From Candidatus Hadarchaeota archaeon (GTDB taxonomy: Archaea; CAYQAE01; CAYVLA01), in NCBI GenBank assembly GCA_964621445.1, contig CAZUNO010000003.1:96001-160000 (forward strand): DNA of 64,000 bases. The letters are read 5' to 3'. A model generated the notes under the pieces. It made no database searches. It had not been told where the DNA came from and saw only the letters and a program-made list of their open reading frames with translations. Position numbers and translations under genes: made by a program. This document shows positions 39,934 to 49,456 of the stretch, piece after piece (position 1 is the first letter of the stretch; every line of letters begins with the position of its first letter).

Positions 39934-41275
39934 ACCGTAATAACCTCTTAACGATCCTACCTTTTTTAAGATCCGCCTTTTCCGCGCTTGTCCATAGGCT
40001 ACTTCGCCTATTCTCTCTATCCCCGGCATCCACATCCACCACCCTCTTCACCTCGGTGTACGGGCTCTCCCTGAACCGGGGCAATAAACGCTTCTCCCCG
40101 GCAGGGCCTTGGATAAATACCTGGTCTCCCTCCACTTCTCCTATTCTTTTCGATTTAACCCCCACTTCTTCTAGCTTAGCAATCAACGAGGCTGAAATGG
40201 AGGGTTTACAGAAGACGAGGAGGGAATCCAATGAAACCCCAAGAACGTCAACGCCCCGGTCCTCCAGTAGCTTCTTGACCCTCGGGTCTGGCAGGGAAAG
40301 TATTTTCGACTCATTTACCCTGGCCCCGTGACCGCATTCCTTGGCTATCTCGTGGAGATCGGCTCGAATACCTCCGTTGGTTACATCGGCCATGCAGTGG
40401 ATTCCATCAACTAGTTCGCTATTCAAGATGGCCCTCGCGGCCACCAAAAAATCCACGTTTATCGTTTCCTGGACCACTTCCGGTTGGCCCGAATAAATTG
40501 CCGTGGTGCATATGGTTCCTCCTCCGGCACCCTCGGTCATTATTATGTCGTCCCCCCTTCGCACATCCCTACGTGGGAAAAGACGTTCTGCACTTCCAAA
40601 AGCACTGACCCCTCCCGTTAGCCGGGAACCTATTACCATGTCCCCGCCGATTCTAAGAGTGCTTCCCCCCAGTACTGGGCAACCGATAACTTCACAGACC
40701 GAGCTAACCCCTGCCATGAACTCGAATAGCTTGGCTACATCCCCATCATCCGCGAGATGGAGGTCTACTAACAAGCCGCCGGGGGATGCCCCCTTCACAT
40801 ATAAATCCCGAAATGCGGCCCGGGTCACGTGGAATCCGGCCAGGAAGGGGAAATCGCTAAGCCTTGAATGCATTCCTTCCATCTTGACCACCAGATACCG
40901 GCCCTTATCGGTATGTATCGCCCCCGCATCGTCCATGTCCTGGGGGGAGAGAACGGCCGCGCCTCCGGTGTAGGAGAGGTCGCTTAAAATCTCATGAACG
41001 AAGAAATCACCGGTTCCCCTGCAGCCCACGCCCTGCTCACCCATGGTCACCCCTGATCTAGAATAACCAATAACGCTCTCCTCCTGGTCCCCGGCAACAA
41101 GGCTGGCCTTGACCTCGGAGACGATTGCCCGGGCAATCCCTCGGGCCCTTTCCCGGTCAGTATCCTTAAAATCCAGTATCTCACCGGTTAACCTGGTTAT
41201 GATATCCTCTTCCCCAGTCTCCTTCGCCAACAGGTTACGAGCCAACCCTTCAAGATCCGCCATTTTCATCACCAA
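39902..41275 (-). CDS. AIR-synthase-related protein (PurM/HypE/ThiL superfamily)
   Basis: GVGCRG.GDFFVH, DDAG, HSRLSDFPFLAGFH, GSTLRIGGD and DVTNGG. Confidence 0.85.
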   Translation of the reverse strand: MVMKMADLEGLARNLLAKETGEEDIITRLTGEILDFKDTDRERARGIARAIVSEVKASLVAGDQEESVIGYSRSGVTMGEQGVGCRGTGDFFVHEILSDLSYTGGAAVLSPQDMDDAGAIHTDKGRYLVVKMEGMHSRLSDFPFLAGFHVTRAAFRDLYVKGASPGGLLVDLHLADDGDVAKLFEFMAGVSSVCEVIGCPVLGGSTLRIGGDMVIGSRLTGGVSAFGSAERLFPRRDVRRGDDIIMTEGAGGGTICTTAIYSGQPEVVQETINVDFLVAARAILNSELVDGIHCMADVTNGGIRADLHEIAKECGHGARVNESKILSLPDPRVKKLLEDRGVDVLGVSLDSLLVFCKPSISASLIAKLEEVGVKSKRIGEVEGDQVFIQGPAGEKRLLPRFRESPYTEVKRVVDVDAGDRENRRSSLWTSAEKADLKKGRIVKRLLRSIDGNEGQHD

Positions 41276-41355
41276 GGCCCTACAGGTCCCGCGAGCATCA
41301 TTCCTTTCCTCTGGAAGGTAATTTCGCTACTTCTCGAGATATTTATCAGCCTTAC

Positions 41356-42231
41356 TTGGGCCTAAACTACCGGGAGGCAGCTTTGATAGATATTAGCAAT
41401 TGCCGACCTGATCCTGATTTCAACGGTAAAACCTATGAGAGAATCGCGAGAACACTAAACCTAGATACCTATGCTGATCACGAAGCCACTCAAATTCTCC
41501 ATTCCCTTATGATGGGCAGGGCAGAGGAATCCAGAAATGCCTTGGACCGGCTTGAAGAACTTGTAAACTCTAGACCTGCCTTCGTATTTGGGTGTGGACC
41601 TTCCCTGGATAACCATATCGCGGGATGCATTTCCTATCTGAGATCCGCAAAGGTGGTGACAATAGCCGCCGATGGTGCAGCATCTGCCCTCATTGACAGG
41701 GAGGTCCTGCCAGATATCGTGGTTACCGACCTGGATGGAATACCGTCCGATATTTCCCTGGCATCAAATAGGGGAACCATAGTACTACTACATGCACATG
41801 GTGATAACCTGAACTCGGTTCGGAGATGGCTGCCAAGAATCAACAACGTTATACCTGTGACCCAGACCGAACCGACGGACCTTGTTCACAACTTCGGAGG
41901 TTTCACGGATGGAGACAAATCAGTACATGTAGCCTGCCTGTTCGGTTGCTCGGCCTTGCTGCTTGCTGGAATGGACTTTGGAAACGAGGTGGGCCGATGG
42001 TCGTCTCCACAAGGCCCTCATGATGACCTTGGAATGAAACTGAAAAAGCTGGAAATTGGTAGTGAACTAACAGCCAGATGCATATCAGAATGTGGTGCAC
42101 CTGTGTATTCACTCCCACCCAGCCCATTCGACTGGGTTCCTGAAATTGAGTGCCAGAGACTTCCCAAAATTTTGGGCGCTAGGAGAACGAGAGATGAAAG
42201 ACAAGATGCTAATCGAAAAAATGATGCCTGA
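41356..42231 (+). CDS. mptE: 6-hydroxymethyl-7,8-dihydropterin pyrophosphokinase (DUF115)
   Basis: G.GPSL, IAADGA, VVTDLDG, HAHGDN, NFGGFTDGD and GMDFG. Confidence 0.88.
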   Translation: MGLNYREAALIDISNCRPDPDFNGKTYERIARTLNLDTYADHEATQILHSLMMGRAEESRNALDRLEELVNSRPAFVFGCGPSLDNHIAGCISYLRSAKVVTIAADGAASALIDREVLPDIVVTDLDGIPSDISLASNRGTIVLLHAHGDNLNSVRRWLPRINNVIPVTQTEPTDLVHNFGGFTDGDKSVHVACLFGCSALLLAGMDFGNEVGRWSSPQGPHDDLGMKLKKLEIGSELTARCISECGAPVYSLPPSPFDWVPEIECQRLPKILGARRTRDERQDANRKNDA

Positions 42232-42838
42232 AGGTTCGTTACAGGAGCTAATCCTGGTCTCAATATCACAGGCTGGGAAAACCAACCTAGCACCAATAGG
42301 CGTTTGGAGCGATGATAAAGGGCTCTTGGCAAGGATTGGCCGCGAAACCCAGAGCATGCGTAACTTGCTCAGCCGTCCTCAAGCCCGTTTTTGTGTGACC
42401 CTGAACCCGCTATTGATAGCCAAATCGGCGTTTAATCTTGATTGCCATGAATTTATCCTGGATGATAGCAGAGGACTCCCCCAGATATCCGGTTCCGAAG
42501 CCGATATTCTGGTGGAGATGAAGAGCCATAGGGATTTCGTGAAGAGGGACCTGCTTGGGAATTCGCCCTTTGTAGAGGTGCTCTTCGAGGTAAAGGAGGT
42601 CAAGGTAAAAGGATTGCCTCGTCCCCCATCTCGTTCTCTTTGTGCGACCATCGACTCCATCATAGGAATAACTAGGGCTAGGCTGGCTCTTGAAAGGGAA
42701 CTGGAAATATATGAACAGCTGGCTAGGCAGGTAAGAGAAAATATTTCAAAAGCAAGGAGGTTAGGAACAAACCAGGAAGAGGAGGAGGCCCTCCAGCTGT
42801 GCGAGGAAGAGCTGAAAGATATGACTAGAGAGGAGTGA
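42194..42838 (+). CDS. DUF447 family protein (H4MPT-cluster associated, FMN split barrel)
   Basis: NLAPIGV and S.RNL motifs; position between mptE and the DHPS-like gene; ATG 42194 after AGGAG. Confidence 0.65.
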   Translation: MKDKMLIEKMMPEGSLQELILVSISQAGKTNLAPIGVWSDDKGLLARIGRETQSMRNLLSRPQARFCVTLNPLLIAKSAFNLDCHEFILDDSRGLPQISGSEADILVEMKSHRDFVKRDLLGNSPFVEVLFEVKEVKVKGLPRPPSRSLCATIDSIIGITRARLALERELEIYEQLARQVRENISKARRLGTNQEEEEALQLCEEELKDMTREE

Positions 42839-44400
42839 GCATGAACATGCTCACTGATGAGGGGGGGAAACCGCTCATAATAACCGGAAGGATCTGCTAT
42901 CCAAGTATAAGTAAACTCACGCGCGAATTTGAAATCTCCATTTATGAGGTACCGATCGACGTCGCGGCCTTACTCACGGCAAATGATGTCATCGATGCCA
43001 TGAAGGATATTGACCTGGAGGAGATAAGCTACGTCATGCTACCGGGTATGTTCAGAGGAGACATAGACGCCCTCCAGGAGCGCTTTCAGATACCGTTCTT
43101 TCTAGGTCCTACTAACTTCGTTGATATACCTCTAGTAGTAAGCGAAACCTCGATCGCCGAGCTATCAAAGACGGTCCCCGCCGATAGGCAAATAGCAGAC
43201 CATAAGCGGAAAGAGGTTCTTGGCTTCTACAGAGATGCACGCCGCAGGGAAAACCAATGGCAAGGGGAACCTCTCATTATTGGTCATGATGATAATGGGG
43301 TATCCATAGGGAGAGGGTGCCCACCTGCACTGGTTGCCGAGGTCGTTGATGCACCAAGGAAGGATGTCAAGGACATCCTAAAGGAATGCAGGCACTACCT
43401 TGAATCCGGAGCAGATATCATAGATATGGGGATGATTCCTCGGGAGGATAACTCGAAATGGATCACATCAACAATACCCGAGATTAAGGCCGAAATCCAG
43501 GCGGCCATCAGTATAGACACAATGTCAGAGAAAGAGATCTTGGCTGCGAACGATCACCAAGCGGATCTTATTCTAAGTATCTGTGGAAGCACCATTGATT
43601 TAGTCCCCAGCATCGACCTGCCCTTTGTGCTAGTTCCCGTTGATGATCCCCAAAGCAAACCCCCTGATTCCAGCCAAGCCAGAGTAGAGAAGCTAAAATC
43701 CTACCTAAAACTCATCGGTAACCGGAATGTAATCCTTGACCCTTTACTGGCACCAATAGGAACTGGATTCTATTCATCCATTAAATCGTATTTAAAACTG
43801 GAGGAGGAACTCCCGAAATTTCCATCATTAATGGGGATAGGAAATGTTACCGAATTAATCGATGTTGATTCCATTGGCATCAACGCAGTGCTCGCTGCTT
43901 TGGCGCTCAAGGCAAACACGTCATTGATCTTAACAACGGAAAACAGCCAAAAATGTAGAAACTCGTTATCGGAGCTCAGCACAGCTTTAGCGATGATCTA
44001 TTACTCACAACAGAAAAAAATAGTCCCAAAAAACATGGGCCTTAACCTCCTTCGCTACAAGGAAAAGAGGAAAAGGATTGATCCCACACCTCTAGCAAAA
44101 CCTGAAATCAAGGCAGGAAAAGGAAAGCAAAAAACGGATATTGATAGGAATATAAAGTTCCACATTTTACTAAGGAACAAAAGAATTCATGTACTGAGGG
44201 AGGGAGAGGGAGATAAGATCCATCTTTCGGGGAATTCCGCCATGGACATCTGCTTTGAGCTGGATAGGCAAGAACTATTGCCGGGACCAGCCCATTCCGT
44301 GTATTTAGGAAGGGAGCTGGCAAAGGCAGAGACCGCGCTAAAGACCGGCCGTAGCTACATCCAGGACCAGAACCTATTCACTGAGGTTGATGAGTCTTGA
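42835..44400 (+). CDS. Dihydropteroate-synthase-like protein (TIGR00284-like, methanopterin pathway)
   Basis: ITGR, PIDVAALL, AEVVDA, GADIIDMG, ISIDT, GNVTELIDVDS.GIN and HSVYLGRELAKAE..YIQD. Confidence 0.88.
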   Translation: MSMNMLTDEGGKPLIITGRICYPSISKLTREFEISIYEVPIDVAALLTANDVIDAMKDIDLEEISYVMLPGMFRGDIDALQERFQIPFFLGPTNFVDIPLVVSETSIAELSKTVPADRQIADHKRKEVLGFYRDARRRENQWQGEPLIIGHDDNGVSIGRGCPPALVAEVVDAPRKDVKDILKECRHYLESGADIIDMGMIPREDNSKWITSTIPEIKAEIQAAISIDTMSEKEILAANDHQADLILSICGSTIDLVPSIDLPFVLVPVDDPQSKPPDSSQARVEKLKSYLKLIGNRNVILDPLLAPIGTGFYSSIKSYLKLEEELPKFPSLMGIGNVTELIDVDSIGINAVLAALALKANTSLILTTENSQKCRNSLSELSTALAMIYYSQQKKIVPKNMGLNLLRYKEKRKRIDPTPLAKPEIKAGKGKQKTDIDRNIKFHILLRNKRIHVLREGEGDKIHLSGNSAMDICFELDRQELLPGPAHSVYLGRELAKAETALKTGRSYIQDQNLFTEVDES

Positions 44401-45392
44401 AAACTGGAGTTCGGGTTAAAACCGGTCCAAGACTCCATTTCGGCTTGTTAGACCTATCCGGTGACATGGGCAGGGTGGACGGTGGAATCGGCATGGCCCT
44501 TCAGGAACCTTCTCTGGTCATCCAGGGTAGGAGATCGAGTTCCACGAAAAGCAACAAGTTCTCTAAACTGGTTGAGTATGCGGTTGACGCTCTAAACAAG
44601 CATTATGATAAAAATTACAGCCTCGATATCCAGGTAGATCGATCTTACCCCCAGCACGTGGGACTGGGATCCACCACCCAGATCCTCCTCTCAATCTCAT
44701 ACATCTACAACTTAATTTTCGGACGAACACATAACTCGCGAGAAATGGCCAATTTGCTAGGGCGAGGTGGAACATCCGGGATTGGGGTAGCATCCTTTCG
44801 ATCAGGAGGCTTCATACTTGATGCAGGTCATACCTTTGGTCATAACGGTGAAAAGAATACATTCCTGCCGTCGAGGGTTTCTAATTGTCCTCCTGCACCC
44901 GTTCTCTTTAGGCATCGCATTGCATCTGACTGGGTCGTTGATCTACTCGTACCCCTTGATTCCCCAGGCCTCTCCGGTAGACCTGAAGCCGAATTCTTTC
45001 AGAAAAAATGCCCAATTCCTCGGCCAGAAACCGATAGGATATCTAGAATAGTATTATCAATTATCCTTCCAAGCGTTATTTCATCTGATATTAAACGCTT
45101 TTCTAAAGGCATTAACCTACTTACAACGTTGGGATTCAAGTATCTAGAGATACAAAACCAATCTGAATACGTAAGGAATCTAATTTCCGATATTAAACTG
45201 GTTACTAAAAATCAAGCAGCAGTTGGTTTAAGTTCATTTGGTCCAACCGTTTTTGTTATAAGTAAAAATAATTTAAGAATGAAATTCATTGATAAATTAA
45301 AGGATCACATATCGTATATACAATCACAACATGGAGTTACTTACTACGTAACAAGGTGTAGAAATATTGGGGCTACTGTAAATGTATGGTAG
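44397..45392 (+). CDS. mptG: Beta-ribofuranosylaminobenzene 5'-phosphate (RFAP) synthase
   Basis: RLHFGLLDL.G..GRVDGGIG, HVGLGSTTQ, GRGGTSGIG, GGFILDAGH and GLSSFGP. Confidence 0.92.
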   Translation: MKTGVRVKTGPRLHFGLLDLSGDMGRVDGGIGMALQEPSLVIQGRRSSSTKSNKFSKLVEYAVDALNKHYDKNYSLDIQVDRSYPQHVGLGSTTQILLSISYIYNLIFGRTHNSREMANLLGRGGTSGIGVASFRSGGFILDAGHTFGHNGEKNTFLPSRVSNCPPAPVLFRHRIASDWVVDLLVPLDSPGLSGRPEAEFFQKKCPIPRPETDRISRIVLSIILPSVISSDIKRFSKGINLLTTLGFKYLEIQNQSEYVRNLISDIKLVTKNQAAVGLSSFGPTVFVISKNNLRMKFIDKLKDHISYIQSQHGVTYYVTRCRNIGATVNVW

Positions 45393-45401
45393 TTATCTTC
45401 A

Positions 45402-45475
45402 TTGTTTGATTGTTTGACAAAGGAAACAGAACAACCTGAAAGAGGGGTACTATTGAGTTTTGTTTGATCGTTTGA
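45402..45475 (+). repeat. Two copies of the 16-mer TTGTTTGATYGTTTGA (45402-45417, 45460-45475)
   Basis: Read directly from the sequence in the intergenic gap between convergent mptG and the AAA+ gene. Confidence 0.75.
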
Positions 45476-45580
45476 ATGATTATAGTTGTAGCTCCGATGG
45501 ATATCTTGGAAAAGAGCATTTTCCCACCTGGTTTAGTTTTTTGTTTGTGTATGTTTGTTCAAATGTTCAAATGGATTGGG

Positions 45581-46681
45581 TTATCCCTTTTTGAAGGCTC
45601 TGGTAATATCTTTGGAGAGAGTGTACTTGTTTTTTCTCCCGACTTTTTCCACTTGAACTGCTCCCATGTTACGTAACCTGTTTAGTTGGGTGTTTATGCT
45701 ACCGTAGTTGTCAACGTCGAGTTCATCTAGCACATCCTTTATGAAGGCACCGTCGGGATAGTCAACAAGGGCCTGGATTATCTCACTTTGTTGTGGTGAG
45801 TATCTTTCTAGGATCTGTTCTCTCATTGGGCCCGTGTCCTTCTTCTTTCCTAGGTAATCAGCGACCAGATCGGCATCTATAACATCTTTCCCTGACCTAA
45901 TAGTCTGGAAGACTAATTGAGCTGCTATGGTTAGAGTATCCCTGGGTACCCCGTTTGAGTGTGCATGGATCTGTTCTATCGCCTCGTCTGTGAAGGGAAG
46001 GCCATCCTCTACTTCCTTCTCACCCCTGGCCCATGCTATTCTCCTGTAGATAAGTTCCTTTGTTTCTTCTAGGTCGAATGCCTCGAGGTAGATACGCATC
46101 TTTATTCGATCCTCGAGCGGAGGAACTTTCTTCCTGATGGTGTCTAGAGCATCTTCAGTTCCCGCGAACACTATGGACCCGCCGGCATCGTGTAGGGTTC
46201 TCACCCATCGGGCAGCTGGTTCGGATATTTCCTGGAATTCGTCGATTAAGATAACGATGTTTTCTTGTTGTAGGTGTTGTGTTATGTTTGTTGCAATTCT
46301 GTCTAGCTCTAGGGCCCTGTTTCTGGAAAAGATGGAGGATAGTCTTTCCAGGATGGAGGGTGAGTGAACGTTTTGATGTATGTGCCGGAGCATTTCGTCG
46401 TGGGTAAGGGGTTTTTCTATTAGGATTACCTTTCCGCCATTTTCCTTGCGAAGCATGTAGTGAAGCTTCTTTAGAAATGCGCTTTTACCATATCCTATGG
46501 GGGAAAGAATGGATACCATGCCCTGGTTATGTTGAAGCATGAAGGTTGCTTGGTTAAGTTCCTCTTCGTATCTGGGAACATAAACGAATTCATTGGGTAA
46601 AGGAGTATTCAGAATAAAGGGTTCTCTTCCGTGAGTCCAGCCTTGTTTGTTATAGAACTCCTCTGTTATGTTGGTGTTCAA
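45581..46681 (-). CDS. AAA+ ATPase (ExeA/Cdc6-like) with C-terminal winged-helix domain
   Basis: Walker A SPIGYGKS, Walker B ILIDEFQ, IVFAG, EDR finger, FTDEAIEQI..SNGVPR lid; C-terminal QSEIIQAL..QLNRLRNMGAV..GRKNKYTL. Confidence 0.85.
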   Translation of the reverse strand: MNTNITEEFYNKQGWTHGREPFILNTPLPNEFVYVPRYEEELNQATFMLQHNQGMVSILSPIGYGKSAFLKKLHYMLRKENGGKVILIEKPLTHDEMLRHIHQNVHSPSILERLSSIFSRNRALELDRIATNITQHLQQENIVILIDEFQEISEPAARWVRTLHDAGGSIVFAGTEDALDTIRKKVPPLEDRIKMRIYLEAFDLEETKELIYRRIAWARGEKEVEDGLPFTDEAIEQIHAHSNGVPRDTLTIAAQLVFQTIRSGKDVIDADLVADYLGKKKDTGPMREQILERYSPQQSEIIQALVDYPDGAFIKDVLDELDVDNYGSINTQLNRLRNMGAVQVEKVGRKNKYTLSKDITRAFKKG

Positions 46682-46699
46682 TTTCTACCACTGAGGTGC

Positions 46700-47220
46700 G
46701 TGCCTTAAGGATCGTCTTGTGCGGGTAAACCTAAACATCACTCTAACGTTTGCTGAACATAGATAACGTACGGCTTCCAATAATTGATAGGCAAATCTCG
46801 TTCTAATAAAGCTTTTTGTTTTATTTGTTGGCCCATGTTTTAGTTGTTGTTGCGCTCTGATCAGAAGTTGTATGAATAGTTGGGTTTGTTGTTATTGTTG
46901 GGGTGCTTTGGTAGGCAATTTTGATAGGCCTGGATATATCCAAAAGCAGATGATAATGATTTCGTTTGGTTTGTTGGTCTATTGTGTTCCTTCCGTTATG
47001 CTTGAATGTTTGGTGGGGTTTAACTCAGAGACCGTTGTTGGTCTTGTTGGAGTTAGTTATTGCTTACGTTAGGAGTTTGTATATGTTTGTTATTGATACG
47101 TTTACCTGTTAGCTGAACCGTTTATTGATGCGGTATAGTTGTTAGGCAGGTTTGAATTTGTTTGTTTTGGTGTTATTGGCGGTGGATAATGGCTGTTTAA
47201 TTTGTTGATTTGTTATTAAG
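46700..47220. other. Non-coding G/T-rich, C-depleted low-complexity tract with many TGTT/TGTTTG motifs
   Basis: For example, 47161-47220 has 17 G and 2 C; no credible ORF. Confidence 0.7.
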
Positions 47221-47226
47221 CGTATG

Positions 47227-48156
47227 TTATGCTTTAGCTCGACCTATTAAATGGCGGGAAATTGCGCCAGTTACGTCAACTCCGGATGCCCTAGCGGTTG
47301 CTTCAAATGATGGAGAAGGGTTAACTTCAAGTAGCTTATGCCCTTCGGAAGTATCAAGAATGTCTACGCCGGCAATATCTAGATTAAGTACTTCTGAAGC
47401 CTTAATAGCGTCTTCAGCCATCTCAGCGGGTATATATTGTTTATCCAGCGCCTCTGCGGTGGCACCAAGGGATATATTATGCTTGTATATGGAGCCCTGT
47501 CGCTTTATTGCAGCGATGATTTCATTACCAACAAGCAGTATTCTAATATCATATGAGGAAGGAATGTAGGGCTGGATCATGGCGGGTTGTTTGTTCATAT
47601 GAAAGAGGGAAAGGGTGTCTCCTAAACAAACATCATCCTTAGCTAACATAACACCAATCCCACCAGCGCTTTGAAGGGCCTTGATTACACAGGGGGAATG
47701 GATAGTTGAGTTTGTTATATGTATGTTACGTATGGGGTTTGGTGATACGAAAAAGGGAACTATTGGTAAATCATTTTTAGATAGAATGGAGAGACAAAGA
47801 TGCTTCCTGGCGCTTAGATATATGGAACGCGGATGGTTAATAACGGGGACTTGTTGAGAGGCAATCCACATGGTCTCAAAAAAGAATTGGAAACATCTAG
47901 GACCGTATTCCTCAAGCCATGAAGATATGGGCCTTTGGAAAATTAGATCAAAGGAGGAAAATGACATGTTTTCAACTTGGCCGTAAGCTAGGTCATTTAG
48001 GTCTGGAGAAGGGCCTGAACCGGTTTGAGGATGATTGATTAGGGAGAGCCAGGTGTCATTTGGACTGAAAACATCAAATTCGATGCCCAGGGAATTGAAT
48101 TTTGGGGCAAAAAGGGATACTTCCTTTTTGTTTTTTGGAAAGTAGGCTATCCTCAT
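47227..48156 (-). CDS. RimK-family ATP-grasp glutamate ligase (MptN/CofF-like)
   Basis: VIN, VIK..GGIGV, IQPYI, DIRILLVG, NISLGA, AGVDIL and LEVNPSP; cofactor-cluster context. Confidence 0.85.
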   Translation of the reverse strand: MRIAYFPKNKKEVSLFAPKFNSLGIEFDVFSPNDTWLSLINHPQTGSGPSPDLNDLAYGQVENMSFSSFDLIFQRPISSWLEEYGPRCFQFFFETMWIASQQVPVINHPRSIYLSARKHLCLSILSKNDLPIVPFFVSPNPIRNIHITNSTIHSPCVIKALQSAGGIGVMLAKDDVCLGDTLSLFHMNKQPAMIQPYIPSSYDIRILLVGNEIIAAIKRQGSIYKHNISLGATAEALDKQYIPAEMAEDAIKASEVLNLDIAGVDILDTSEGHKLLEVNPSPSFEATARASGVDVTGAISRHLIGRAKA

Positions 48157-48159
48157 TGG

Positions 48160-48745
48160 AATTCCCTTTGATTTTATGTTATGACTTGTAGCATAACAAG
48201 AAGGGGGGGAAAAGTTATATGTGTTGTTATGATTAGAATAATGGAGTAAGAAAGGGGTTGGCTGATAACGGCAAGGTTAGAGATTTGGGTTAATAACAAT
48301 AGGGGGTAAATGGGGAAATTACAAATAAATATTAATAAGATTGATTCCAAAAGTTATTAATCATTTTATTCAGCATTGGAATTAGAAGCCAGAAATGCGT
48401 TCATGAAGATATGAGATGACATTAATCCTGTATCTGGGACGTTGGAGATTATCATTTGCTAAATAAAGAAATCTAAGGGCCTGGCCTGCCGGTTACGGGC
48501 ATTAATTGTAAATCATAATAAGTCTCAAAAAGGGGGGTGGAAACGGAAAAAAAGAAAGAGGCATCTCGAAAAGGGGCAAAAGGGGGGTGCTAGTGTAACT
48601 ATATATGAATTAGGGCTGCAATAAGGTTTAATTAAAAAAATGGACAGCTATGGGGGCATAAGAGGAGTAATGGGAAGCAAAAAGGGGTTTGATGGGTAAT
48701 AAGATGGGTGTTAGGAGGGGGTCAAGGATGCAGGATTATTTCTAA
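48160..48745. other. Non-coding AT-rich, purine-rich tract with G-strings and a direct repeat CAAAA(A)GGGGGGTG
   Basis: 48661-48720 has 27 G and 1 C; repeat copies at about 48526 and 48577; no ORF of 60 aa or more. Confidence 0.7.
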
Positions 48746-48748
48746 TAC

Positions 48749-49456
48749 TCAAATTAGGGTTTCTTTGAAACGATCAACCCTATGTGCCGTTATTTTACCG
48801 TTACGCCGGTCGTTAGATTGACAGGCAGCACCTCTGATACCTATAACATCTGGTGATAATGTTTTGAGTTGTTTAGAGTGATTCAGATTTAGGGAGCCGG
48901 CCAGGGCGGAGATCATATCCATTTCCTGGAGGTGGGAGATAAATGAACAGAGTTCATCATAAGCCATGAAGTCAAACAAACATCTACCATCTTTGTTTAT
49001 TGTGTCGATAAGGACCCCATCAGCTCCAGATTGGGATGCCGCCTGGAGTAGGACCAGGGGGGAAATGGACCCAACAAGTTCCCAGTCGGCGTAGCCACAG
49101 GCTATTACCTTAATCGAGGGATCGATTGATTTAACGATATCAACGGAGGGGGTGAGTAGGGCTTGGGCCTCGGATTGGGTTTTTGTACCAAAGAGACCAA
49201 GCTTAACGTAATCCGGTGAAAGATATGCCGCCCCGGCGGCTGCCAAGCTGACGGTTCCGGGAAGATTTGGGAGATCACCTATAGCACAACTGGTTTCACT
49301 TGTTCCGTTTACGGCATCGATAATCCTAGAGGCCTTCTGGGGAGTTGGGGCTCCAAGAGAGCCCTCCGCGGGATTCTTTATGTCAACAATGTCGGCGCCA
49401 CCCGAGATGGCTTCTGGCACCTCTTCCTCGTCTACAACGCTGACTAGTAACCTCAT
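48749..49456 (-). CDS. mfnB: (5-formylfuran-3-yl)methyl phosphate synthase
   Basis: LLVSV..EA..GGADIVDIKNPAEGSLGA, S.AIGD, YVKLG, LIDT..KDG, LAGSL and IGIRGAAC. Confidence 0.93.
   Translation of the reverse strand: MRLLVSVVDEEEVPEAISGGADIVDIKNPAEGSLGAPTPQKASRIIDAVNGTSETSCAIGDLPNLPGTVSLAAAGAAYLSPDYVKLGLFGTKTQSEAQALLTPSVDIVKSIDPSIKVIACGYADWELVGSISPLVLLQAASQSGADGVLIDTINKDGRCLFDFMAYDELCSFISHLQEMDMISALAGSLNLNHSKQLKTLSPDVIGIRGAACQSNDRRNGKITAHRVDRFKETLI

Noticed and set aside
46872-47072. 66-aa ORF in the GT-rich tract (and 45476-45676)
   Set aside because: The Cys/Val/Gly/Phe-rich composition follows from the base skew; no SD or recognisable motif
45393-48748. CRISPR array or mobile element as the explanation for the repeat-rich island
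   Set aside because: No constant-length repeat-spacer units, cas genes, transposase, integrase, terminal inverted repeats or att sites were visible
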